Shown piece after piece: positions 26,527 through 38,161 of a stretch of 64,000 nucleotides of DNA. This stretch comes from Proteromonas lacertae (lineage: Eukaryota). The translations under genes were made by a program, and so were the position numbers. The notes under the pieces were generated by a model that worked only from the letters and a program-made list of their open reading frames with translations, was not told the DNA's origin and ran no database searches. The stretch covers positions 186,001 through 250,000 of the forward strand of contig NGBS01000584.1 in the NCBI GenBank assembly GCA_002245135.1, in the 5' to 3' direction. Each line of letters opens with the position of its first letter. Within the stretch, counting starts at the first letter, position 1.

Positions 26527-27941
26527 TTACAAACAAAATGTTTTATAATAATGAATTAAATTTGATTGAGAATGAATGAACAAAGATAAAACTTCTCTCT
26601 TTTTTGATTTATTACTAATTTTCCAACAACGATTCCTGAAATTCATTATACTATTTCATATATTAAATCATATAAAATAAATACTCTGTTGGTAATTCAT
26701 AATTTATTACAATATCACAATCTAAATTAACATTTAACATTGAATCTGTTGTTATTATAGTTGATGGTTGATTTGAAAAAATACTATTCAATACTAAAAC
26801 TCTCTTTTCCTATTAATATAATAATATTATTATACATTCAATCCTGGACAATAAAGAACATTCTCAACTTTATTCTTAGTTAAATAATTATGAAGGAATG
26901 TTGAAGATCTACTAGAGTTACAGAAAATCACTATTTTATTATCCTTACTATTCATTCTCACAAATTTAAGACATTCTTCTAACTGAGAGTGATAATTAAC
27001 AATCTTAAAACAGTAATTTATTGATGAAGGAAAAAGAAGATTGTTTACTTTTTTATCACTTATACAATCCACTATCTTTAAATCTGGAATGAATTTGTTA
27101 TATAAATCAATAATAAAAGGGTTGATAGTATCAGTTGTGAATAGTAATTGAAATAACCTTTGATTCTAATGATGTTATATGAATGTAAATATAAATTGAT
27201 AATACTTTTGGATAATCAGTATAATTCTTATAATCTTTACCAGCATCTTGAATAATATTCAATATTTCATTTCTATTTTCACTGTTAGTAATCATAGTGT
27301 GACTATTTACAATAATATTGTGTGTTTTATTTAAATTAACAACTCCATCTTTAATTAAATAACTCAAATATGAAGGAATTGATAATAAAATATCTATTCT
27401 TTTTGTTGATTTTAACTGTAGCTTTGTTTCTTTTATTTGTTGATTTGGATTTAATACAGTTATATTATATCTTGTTCTATCATAATATTGTTTGTAATAA
27501 CTATATGTCTGACAAAGTGATTCTAAAGAAGGTTCTAAACATAATATTAACGGTTCTCTTATATTTCTTTTTGGAAATAACATTGTATTCTCTTTTGCAT
27601 TTTTCTCTAGATTTAACATTCTTGAACTTTCTAATAAAGACAATAACTCTATTCCTGTTTGAGGTAATGATGAACATAATAAATTGTGATTATCTAGAAT
27701 CTATTTATATTAATAGTAATGATGAAAAATACATAAGGTACTGAATTGTTTTGAATGGCAGTTGCATTTTCTGAATAAATAGAAAATTTCTTAATATTGT
27801 CACTATATTGGTTAGGTAAATTCAGTTTTGTTATAATATCTGTTATTTTAGTACTTAATCGTCTTAATGACTACAACAAAATAGATATAAATGTACCATA
27901 TTCATTAAAATGCAAGAATTATTTATCTTACATGGAAACAT
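26527..27941 (-). CDS. Degenerate DEAD-box-like (two RecA domains) protein, possibly organelle-targeted
   Basis: ILCLEPSLESLCQ (motif Ia-like), DILLSIPSYL (Ib), KIVIFCNS (IV), IITTD and VINYELP (V); no DEAD or Walker A motif seen. Confidence 0.55.
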
Positions 27942-28080
27942 TTCGACTCTATTAGAAAATCAATGAAAAAATCAATGAAATATTGTATATTGGCTTGAGA
28001 TAGTTTGAACACATTTTGTTTATTTATTCACTTTTAGAATCTTTATTTATTATTAAAAGCATTTGTAATCTGTACCGAAA

Positions 28081-29052
28081 ATGTGTTTTTTGTCATGCCT
28101 TATACCTAAATCATTTAGAGATAAGTTTTATGAAAATGTTCCTTGTTGGTGGATTTATTGGGATTTAAGTGGGTTTTTAGCATCACTAGTAGGTATTATA
28201 TGGTGTAATTTATTCATGTTTAGCTTTTTATCAAATCATTGCCACAATTATATTCATGAATTGGCGTTTATTATATGAAAGCACTTATCCTGAAAATGCA
28301 AAAATTGTTTTTGGAATAATTTTCAATTTATTAGCAATCATGACAATCTGGTGTTATTGTAAAACTCAGTTTACTGAACCTGGTTGTGCTTGTCTTCCAA
28401 AAGTATAATTATTAAACATATTCATTAATTATAATCAAATAGTTAACAGATGAAGAATACCAAAAAGCATATGAAGATGGTTGGCATATGTGTAAAAGAT
28501 GCAGAACAATAAAGCCAAAGAGAGTTCATCATTGCAGTATATGTGATTGTTGCATTGTAAAAATGGATCATCATTGTCCTTGGACTAATAACTGTGTAGG
28601 TTTAAGAAATCAAAAACATTTTTTACTATTTATCATTTACTTTACAATGGGTGAAGGATTATGTGCTTTATTTGTATTATTAAAGATGTATGATATATAT
28701 AAGAATCTTGTAGTATATTTACAATACATATTGCTATTGAATCTCACTCATTTTATGATTGATATTGCTTATGTATTGAATTGTATTTTGACTTTAACAT
28801 TTTTTGTATTTGGTGTAGTGATGTTTTTTTCTCAAGTATAGTTATTATGATTATCATTGATAGTTACAATCAATAAGGTATGATATTACATATATTGAAT
28901 CACTCAGAGAAGATAGAACCCGTCCTGTATCATTTAAAGACAGCGTTGATGAAATGATGGGTGAGAAGTATAGTTATAGATGGTTTATACCTGTGGATGG
29001 TAGAGATCATGATATAATAATTAAGAAAATATTAGGCATTAAAACTGAATAG
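28081..29052 (+). CDS. DHHC palmitoyl acyltransferase
   Basis: [39 protein letters not shown] helices; stop at 29050-29052. Confidence 0.95.
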
Positions 29053-29258
29053 ATACTGAAGTAATTGACATTTAAATGTATTTGTGATTTTTTATTAAAA
29101 TTGATTATAATATGTATGTTCATATTAGAAATTGATGATATAAATTATATTTATGGGACAATATTTAAAGAAAAATGATAAAATATAAAATACATACTCA
29201 AACCTGATTCAAATTAGAGTCATTACTATAATTCCGGACAAGCATCACATTATTTTCA

Positions 29259-29710
29259 ATGGTATATATCTCTTCACTGACTTAATTATACTTATAAATA
29301 TGTTAATATTCAATCTCTCATGTCTTTTACTAACTCATTTATCATGAATTTTGTTTATTATTATTCAATAGGGACAAGCTGGACCAGCAAGAAAGAAGGT
29401 ATTGTAAGAATTATATTATTCATTAGTGGACAAAAGGTAAGGCAAGAGAAAAGACTAACAACGCTGTAATTTACGATCAAGAAACTTATGATCGTTTATT
29501 AAAGGAAGTACCAAAAGTATAGATAGTGTATATAATTTTTGAAAATAGCTTAAGTTGATCACCGCCTCAGTACTTGTAGATCGTTTAAAGATCAACGTAT
29601 CATTAGCTAAACGTTCACTCAAGGATTTATGTCAAAAAGGTTTAATCCGTGAAGTATCATCACACCCATCACAAGTTATTTACACCCGTGCTACAGCCGG
29701 ATCTGAATAG
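29259..29710 (+). CDS. RPS25: 40S ribosomal protein eS25 (missed by ORF track)
   Basis: ATG, intron 29262-29371, GQAGPARKK, intron 29399-29426, [30 protein letters not shown], intron 29517-29548, [24 protein letters not shown]...[12 protein letters not shown]. Confidence 0.95.
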
Positions 29711-29813
29711 ATGATTTAAAAAATATACAGTCTTGTCTGCTTTACGATATTTTGTTCGGGTTTGTTTTAGTTTAAATAAAAACATAATTAAAATAGTAGA
29801 ATTATATTATCGT

Positions 29814-30601
29814 TTATTGAGGAATACATTTTTCGAATTTAAAACCACCACAAAGAGGAATAACAATAGCTGCAGCAACAATCTATTGATATATATAGTG
29901 ATAGTATAATATACAAGTAAAATGATAATAATATAACAAGTACATCTAACTCTTTTCCAAAATAAGTTCTTTTTTAAAGTAACAGCTCCTTTTCTAAATT
30001 GAAATGCTTCTTGATTTAATTGATCTGTTTTTCCAATGATCTGATACATCTGTTGTTCTCTATCGAATAATCTGTCAATATTGTCAAGCATAACAACCTT
30101 TACATCATCTAATTGATTTCTAACATGTGAAATATTATCACTTGATGGGTTTTTATTAAAGAAATCCTATATTTCATATAAATCAAACAATAATACAATC
30201 TGTTTTTTCAATATTGGTAAAAACTTTTCATTCAAAGCTAATTCGCCTTGAGCTTGATCGATAAGTGGTCCTAGTGAATTAACAAACCTTTGACTGATAT
30301 CTTCTAAGAAAGCGTATGGAAGTCTTTTTTCATAATCTGTATCTGTTGCACACATATATAAAATATGATCTTTAGTTAAATAATGAAATAAAAATCTAAT
30401 AAAGTCAAATTTGGATATAAAATACGTATCATATTTGTATGACATTTTCTTTTCAGTTGAATCTATTTTAGAAAGCAATACACGAGCAACAGAACCAAAG
30501 CTTCCTGTAGTTGAAGCATACTCTGCAAGTGGCGTGTTATCTCTTGCTACTAAACCATATCTATTAAATCATTACACAATATGGAAATACACAATAGGCA
30601 T
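29814..30601 (-). CDS. VAMP7: Longin R-SNARE VAMP7
   Basis: MPIVYGLVARDNTPLAEY longin domain, RLPYAFLEDI, SNARE motif MLDNIDRLFDR, TM helix and GGFKFEKC tail. Confidence 0.9.
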
Positions 30602-30693
30602 TAAAGATTGATTCCAATAAAAACACTAATTTATAATTAATACAGATTATACAATTATAATACACTGTATTGTCATATTTTTGTTTTATTCTT

Positions 30694-32198
30694 ATGTGTA
30701 ATTATGCTTTCTGTTGTTGCGCTTCAATACAGACTATATCAAATTGTGTTCAGTCATGCTTAACTGTTTCAGGGACAAAAGCTGCTAAAGTTTATAATTT
30801 CGTGTTATTTGTTCTTTCAACAATTGTGGCTATTCTATTAAAATTTTATGGCAATAAAGTAGCGTTGGATTGGGGCGGAATCAATGTATTGTTGTTATTT
30901 TGTAACTTACAAATAGGTTGGTTGTATTAATGGAACGACACATCTACCGTTCATTGATAAAGACTCTTATGCTTGTTCTGGTAATCAAGTCGTTTATAGA
31001 ATAGCGCTTGGGCTAATATTTTATTATTTATTCAATTTAATCCTTTCAGTTATTCATCCTGTGTTTCATGGTTGGTTTTTAGCATTTAAATGGATAATGT
31101 ATTATATATTTATATTTATTATTAATAATAATAATTAAATAGTTTGGTAGCAACAATTGTTATTTCAATATTATGGATTCCAGCTGGTTTTATTGATGTA
31201 TATTTGGATATTTCGAGATTTATATCTGTCTTATTCTTATTCATTCAGTTGATATTATTTATTGACTTTGCCTATGATGTTCATAAAAGCATAGTACAAA
31301 GAATAGAAGCTCATGTAACAGCAAATCCAGATAAATCAATATATAGTAGCATATGGTCTATGTTATACATTTCTATAAGTTTAATACTGGTAATAATAAG
31401 TTTTGTTATTATCATATATGGTTATACACAATTCCATTGTAGTGTTCATATGTTGATGTTAAGTATAAGTGTTGTGGTGTTAATTACTATTGCTATTATA
31501 TCAAGTATATATTATTATTATTATTATTATTATTATAAAATAGCCAGTCAAATTGGTAGAGGATTTCTCATTGGTGCTGGTGTAATGGTTTATTCAAGTT
31601 ATTTATTATTTTCAACACTATCTAGTAACCCAAATGAAAAGTGTAATCCTTATGTTAATTATGAAACAATATGGAATTATATCATAGGAATAATTATAAC
31701 GATAACATCAATTGGATATAGTTGTTTCTCCATGTACAATTCCGTTGGGACATTGTGTAGTTTAATTGTATCAATTATTACATGTGGAAGATTTAAAGGA
31801 TGTACAAGTGAAGCTAAGAGCAGTAAAGAAGGTATTCTAGATAGTGATACTAATAATAGTACAGATAAAGATAAAGATAAATATGATACAAGGGGAAATC
31901 TTGCTAGTTTTTATATTATTTTAATATTTGCTACTTGTTATATGGCTATGACATTAACTGATTGGGTGTCAGATAGTGGGTATATTTTAAATATATATAT
32001 TTTTGTTTTATTTTATAGATTGGATCCTAAATCGAAGAATCCATCAATTGGAAGAATAAATATGTATTCTAAAGGGATTTCTACGTATTTTTATATATGA
32101 TGTATATTATTGTTTTGTATAGAATTATATGTGTAATTTTATATATGGTTGGTTTATGTTTGCCTGCTGTTTTGAAGGATTATGAATTTGGTGATTAA
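30694..32198 (+). CDS. SERINC: Serinc/TDE family membrane protein
   Basis: Cys-rich N-terminus, CSGNQVVYR, FLFIQLILFIDFAY, LSSNPNEKCNP and YMAMTLTDW. Confidence 0.88.
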
Positions 32199-32353
32199 AA
32201 AGCTTTCTTATTTTATAATTTTAATTATTTGTATTGATTGTTTCTTAAATTGGGTAATATTATTTTGTAATATCATTTTTAATGTTTTAAAGTGCTTTGT
32301 CCAACCTTCATTAAAAAATATTCGTTTCTATTTTTCTATTTCGAATTTTATTA

Positions 32354-33591
32354 ATGTCTGGCGCAGATAGGAATATTGAAGTATATTCTTTTGCAGTTTA
32401 TAAAATTAGACTTTTAAACAAAGAGGAAAACAAGCTATTCAAGAGAAAGATTTTGCTGAAGCAGAATCTTGCTATTCTAGAGTATTCTATAAAGCTATTA
32501 ATGAATAGGCTCTTGAAATTGATCCTAATGATGCTGTTTTATATAGCAACCGTGCAATTTCTAGAATCCATCTAGGTAAATATGAATTAGCTTTAGCTGA
32601 CAGTTTGCAATGCATTGATTTAAAACCTAGTTGGTTTAAAGGTTATTCAAATCAAGGAACAGCACTTTTAAAATTAGGGAGAAAAGAAGAAGCAATTGCT
32701 GCTTATAGAAGAGGTTTAGAATATAATCCAGATAATGAAAACTTAAGACAACGTATAAGAGAAGCAGAAGAATCACCAGCTCATTACATTCCACCTGAAA
32801 GTAATGGAATGTCCAACAATACAAGTGGTTCTTTGAAGGATTTCCTATGGGGAACAGCACAAGACCAAGATAGAACAGCTACATTTGGTATAAGGTTTTT
32901 GATAGTGTTATTATCAATAATGTACATATTACCAGTTGGATATTTGAGATACAAATTCTACTACTGGGGACATATGTTTTCAATGATTAATGCAGTATTA
33001 TACATTAAGAAAAATCATAGAAATTTATCACTTTCAATTGCTTATGCACAGGAAATATTATTAGATACAAAAAGTCATATGTTGTTTTTCAGTTTAATGT
33101 TTTATTTTGCACCTCCAAAATCACTCTCATTAATGACATTGTTTATATATTATTCAATGGATGGTTTTGATTATTTATATCAATTATTATTACATGTCAA
33201 TAGATCATATGCTAATAAATTATATGATGCAGGTATGGGAATAATTAACAAAATGACAGGTGATAATACATTCTCATCATTTGTTTATTTAGAGAAAAGA
33301 AAGATGTTTGAACCAATTATACAACAGTTTACATGTGCTACTCAAGTGTATGTTGGATTTTTCTTAATTTTGGAATTGATATTACCAACTAGATCTTTCT
33401 CTTTATTGTTAGTTTATTGGAATTTTATTAGATTTAAAACTGCTGTAGATTATAACATGTCAGCTGTATTTCATAAATTAGATGAACAGTTTTTGTCGTA
33501 TGTTAATCACAGATTCTGTCCAGGTGTAGTTAAATCTGCTTATATGATGATTCGAGGTTTTTTGAAGAAATTAGTTACTCCACAACAATAA
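32354..33591 (+). CDS. STI1-type TPR domain fused to TMEM33/Pom33-family membrane domain
   Basis: ALEIDPNDAVLYSNRA...KPSWFKGY...AYRRGLEYNPDN, then TM region ending LLVYWNFIRFK...HRFCPGVVK. Confidence 0.75.
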
Positions 33592-33699
33592 TTAATAGTT
33601 TCATTGTTTTTTTCTATTTGTCTATATTTATATTATCCCAAAATAAAAACAAAAATTCTCTCAGTTGTTTTACCAACAAAACAGTAATTAATATTACGT

Positions 33700-34345
33700 T
33701 TATCGGTATCTTGGCATTTGAACAGCGTTTCTTCTGTTCCAAGCGGCTTTCCATGATCCTCCAATGATACGATGAGCCCTGTGTCCCTTGCAACGTAAAC
33801 CACGGGCTTTTCTTCCAGCTGAGGTTAATCCTCTTAATTCTCTGTGTTTATGTACATTACCGCAGATCCAGTTGATGTGTGGATCTCTTCTGATGGCTTC
33901 GTGTGATGGATCTACACAAATTACTTCATAGTATTTGTAGATAGCATCTTGATTAACCCAGTATGAGTTTAATACTCTTAAGTTTGTACATACACGACCT
34001 ACACGTTCTTCAGCAACAGATTGGATGTTTCTGTCGAATTTAAGGTAGTTAATACCTTGACTGTGTGGTTTTCCATATACAACACCCTTACGATTTGGTC
34101 GCTTTCTGCCTCCTCTTCTAACACAGGATCTGTAAATAACGAAACCTTGTTTAGCTTTGTATCCTAACATACGTGCTTTTTCTGGACGGGTTGGACGACT
34201 AGCTCTTACAACACGTGGATGTTGTCTAATTGTTATTAAAAATGCTCTTATACCTGTATTCCCAAGCTCTGATACGTAATAAGTATCTCATTACATCACT
34301 TTGCTTCTTTCTCCATAACTCTTCTAAGTATTTGTAAGCTCCCAT
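33700..34345 (-). CDS. RPL15: 60S ribosomal protein eL15
   Basis: [31 protein letters not shown], intron 34226-34253, then LGYKAKQG...[13 protein letters not shown]. Confidence 0.98.
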
Positions 34346-34805
34346 TGATTAAATTTTAGAAATGCCAAAAAACTGAGATAATTTTGTTTAGTTACTCAAG
34401 CAACACATACAAGCTTTTTATAATTATCAAATGTTCTATTCTTTTGCTTTTTTCTCTATTATCTTTATCATAATAGTTTCAATAAATCCAATATACCATT
34501 ATAAAGACATATTTAATTGATATATCTATTTTAATGTAAATATTTATTTATGTTGTGTTCTACTAAAGTACTTATGAAATATAGGTGTAAATATATTATC
34601 ATTATCATTAATAAAAAAATTAATCTCATAATTGTCTGGTATTGAAATATAGTTTGGTAATTTAGCCACACGAGATATATATCTATTTGTACGTAATATA
34701 TAGAATGAAAAGAATATAATGATTGATTCTTCTAAAATAATAAAGAATTGAGTACTCAAACTTGTTTGAGATATCTTTCTTTTTTAATTGATATTAAGCT
34801 ATCTG

Positions 34806-35143
34806 ATGGTATAATATTTTTATAATCACATGTAGTCAACAAAGAAAAGAGGATTGGGCCATGTTCTAATAACACCATCGTGTTATACCACAGAACCAGA
34901 TTGTAATGACATAATCTTGGGTAAAATAGAAAAAGACGGTATTACTATCACAGGTCCAGATGGGACTAAATATAACAGGTATTTTATCATATTTTATATA
35001 GTGTGATTTACTTTGTTCAGTCAATGTGCTTGAAAGAAGGCATGGAAGAAAGGTATAAATAGTTTTATATCTATTCACATAGTGATTCAAGCGAAGATGA
35101 CATAGTATATGACAATATTATTGGTGATAGGGCTAATGTTTAA
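34806..35143 (+). CDS. Small hypothetical protein of about 85 aa (missed by ORF track)
   Basis: ATG, intron 34809-34835, STKKRGLGHVLITPSC...GKIEKDGITITGPDGTKYN; two further GT-AG introns keep the frame open to TAA at 35141-35143. Confidence 0.55.
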
Positions 35144-35310
35144 AAACAAGTGTATCTTTTAACATGTAACTATTTCTTTTCTATATATATACATATTAAA
35201 GTATTCTCTTTATTTTGCAATTGTATATATGGGCTTAAAACAATACACACATCATTGAAATGAATATATAACAAAATAATAAAAATAATAATGAATAGAA
35301 TAATAATTAC

Positions 35311-36011
35311 TTACTTTTTCACTGGTTTGTAGCGAGGTAAACCAAGTGTTCCGTCATCTCTAGGTACACGCCATATCTCCCAACCTTCTTTTCTTCTTAT
35401 AGTCCAGCAGGTTTCGTTGTATTCTAAAATCTCTGATTTCTTTACAGCTTCTAATAACACATTGTAATCTTGTGTGTATCTATTGTGGATAATATATATT
35501 ATATATGATACTGGTAAATTCTAGGAAAATTTAAAAACAATGTTAATGGAACATATCCATCTTCATCCATAAATCCTCTTAAATATATATCTTTTGATAA
35601 ATTAGTGTCACTGAAGTAATATTCCCTAATTATTTATAGCATATGAATGTTTGCATTAAATACATCTGATAAAGAAGATATTGCTGGATTTGTTCTGGTG
35701 GTGGTGGTATAACAAGACCATAATCACTATTACAATAAACAAAATAGAAAAATACGGATGGTACATTGGCTCATTAAAAGATTGAGGTTTTGAGTATGAA
35801 TTTTGATAATTTCCATTTTGATTCCTTCGCTCTCTATAGCCACTGTTACGTCTCTTATATGATTGATGTCGGGGTGGTCTAGTCTATCAAATTTGATGAA
35901 CATACTCTGAAGCATATAACTCTGCTGGTAGAAGAACCCACTTCTTTTTCTATGTTATTAAACGATATGATATACTTTGTGAGATTGAGTTGTCTGAGCT
36001 GTATCTGTCAT
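35311..36011 (-). CDS. La-motif RNA-binding protein (LARP1-like, short)
   Basis: Spliced KKKWVLL and QMEYYFSDTNLSKDIYLRGFMDEDGYVPLTLFLNFPRI La motif; probable 5' UTR intron 36012-36082. Confidence 0.85.
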
Positions 36012-36375
36012 CTATGTATTGTATTAATCGAATTTCATGGAGTAATGTATAGATATATGTGTGAATAACAATTATATAATACTTTTATATATAAATAGAA
36101 AGTGAATGAGAAAAAAGTAAAGGAAATGCAAAATATGAACCAAAACGACTAATTTTTTAGTAAATTAAAACACAAATAATAAAGCAATTATTATCAATAT
36201 ATTAGTTATAAGTGTATTTATTACATTAAAATCGATGTATATGGAGTATCAACAATCAATAAGACTAATATTTCTTTAAAATTATGATTCTTTTATTTGG
36301 TTCTTCAAGCTTATAGAATAATTAAATATATTAGCAAAAAAACAATTAAAAATATAATAATATTAAATAATATAA

Positions 36376-38101
36376 TTATCGTTTACTTTCTTTCATATAA
36401 AATGACACTTGAACCATATTAATCTTCTCCTCTGGTGTTTTACCAGCATATAAATCTTCAATCTTCTGATTCTTAACCCAAGGTAATATTTTATATGGGG
36501 CAATTACAGGATCATCTAAATCAAGGTCAATAGGGAATGGTAGAACAATATCAGGTATAACATCGCCCAATTTAATAGAGTTCAAATTACCAGCATGAGA
36601 TTCACTCAATTGGCTCATTACTTTAACATTTTTACTCTTATTAGAAGTTAATAGCTTATATTTTCTTTCTTTAGCTTTTAAATGTTGGATTTCCTCTTTA
36701 GCTTTATTCTCTTTTATTTCACTAGTTCGATGAGTCCAAGTACTTTCTATATCTTTTATCTTATTATCAAATTCTTTTTGTTTTTTCATATCTTTCTTTA
36801 ACCTTTCTTCTTCTATCTTTTTTCTTCTTTCAGCTACTTCTTCCATCTTTCTATTGTGTTTTTCTAAGTACATTAATTGTAATTTCTTTGATTCTTCTTC
36901 TTTATTCTTTCTTTCTTCATCTTCTTTCTTTTGTTCTTCATTACTCATTTCCCACTTCACACTGTGTATTTGCTTCTGTACTTTTTTATATTCATCTTCT
37001 AATTCTAAACTCCTTTTCAATTGTTCTGTTTTATTTTCATTATTACTTTGATTTTCTTTTATATCTTTTAATATTCTATTCTTTTCTTTATTCAATCGAT
37101 CTAATCTTTCTTGTAATGATTCTCCTTTGGATGGTGATAATAGCTGTGATTGTTGTTGTTGTTGTTTTGGTTTATTCTTACGTTGGAGTGATGGAGTTGT
37201 TCTTACAAATAATGGTTTCTTTACAACTTTATTAGTATTACTTTTAGGTTTTGTTTGAGTCTTTTTTAAGGCTTTTGATTGAGTTTTTGCTTTAAGTTTA
37301 TCTGATGGAGATGATTTGGGTTGTTTTGGTTTTTGTTGTTCATTTGTTGGTTTATTTTCTATAATTCCTCCTCCTTCTTCCTCATCACTATCATATCCTA
37401 GTGGTGAAGATGCTCCTGGTGGTTGTACTGCTGATGTGACTATTTCATTAGGCGGTTTGTCTGGCTGTATTGGAATTTCTTCAAATTGTAGCGGAGGTGG
37501 TGGATTTGGTTCAGATTGTGATTCTGGAGCTGGTGGTGGTGGTGGTGCTGCTGCTGGTTCTGGTTCTTTCTTAGTTTCATTTCTTAGTTTGGCGACTGCA
37601 GAATCCTCACTGCTCAGATCTGAATCCATTAAATCTAAAATATCATCTCCATCATTTGATATTGTATCATCTTTTGGCTTTGTTTCTTCATTTGTACTTG
37701 TTGGTTCTTGTGGAGCATGTACTGGTGATTCAGCTTTTGGCTCTGTCTCTGCTGGTGTCTCTTTATTTGGAGATGTAGCTGGTGTACTTCTTATAATATC
37801 TGGAGATAAGTGTTCTTGATCATTGTCTGATGGTGGTGCTGAAATACCTTCAGACATTTCATCAGGATTGACTGTAGTATTAACAGTTGTATCAGGTTCA
37901 ATAGCTGAAGGCATAGAATCTTCATTATTCATAACAGGCTTGTCTGCTCCTGGTAGATCTATTGATATATCTGAAAAATCGCTTAAATCTGAATCTGAAT
38001 CACTATCGAGTAAGGCATTTATTGGTTTATCTTGTGTTGGTTGATCGTCACTTGTTGGATTGTTATCACTCTAGATTATGTATATAAAACAAATATACCA
38101 T
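36376..38101 (-). CDS. Hypothetical Pro/acidic low-complexity and coiled-coil protein
   Basis: ATG at 38099-38101, intron 38071-38098, then one long exon including the 518-aa ORF. Confidence 0.75.
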
Positions 38102-38161
38102 TTTAAATCAAAAAAAATAAATCTTTTAAATCAAGCCTATTTATTACTCAAGCTTTTTCTG

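Noticed and set aside
36854..38044. Plus-strand ORFs (65, 115, 167 and 73 aa) and similar antisense ORFs elsewhere
   Set aside because: They are antisense shadows of low-complexity coding sequence on the other strand.
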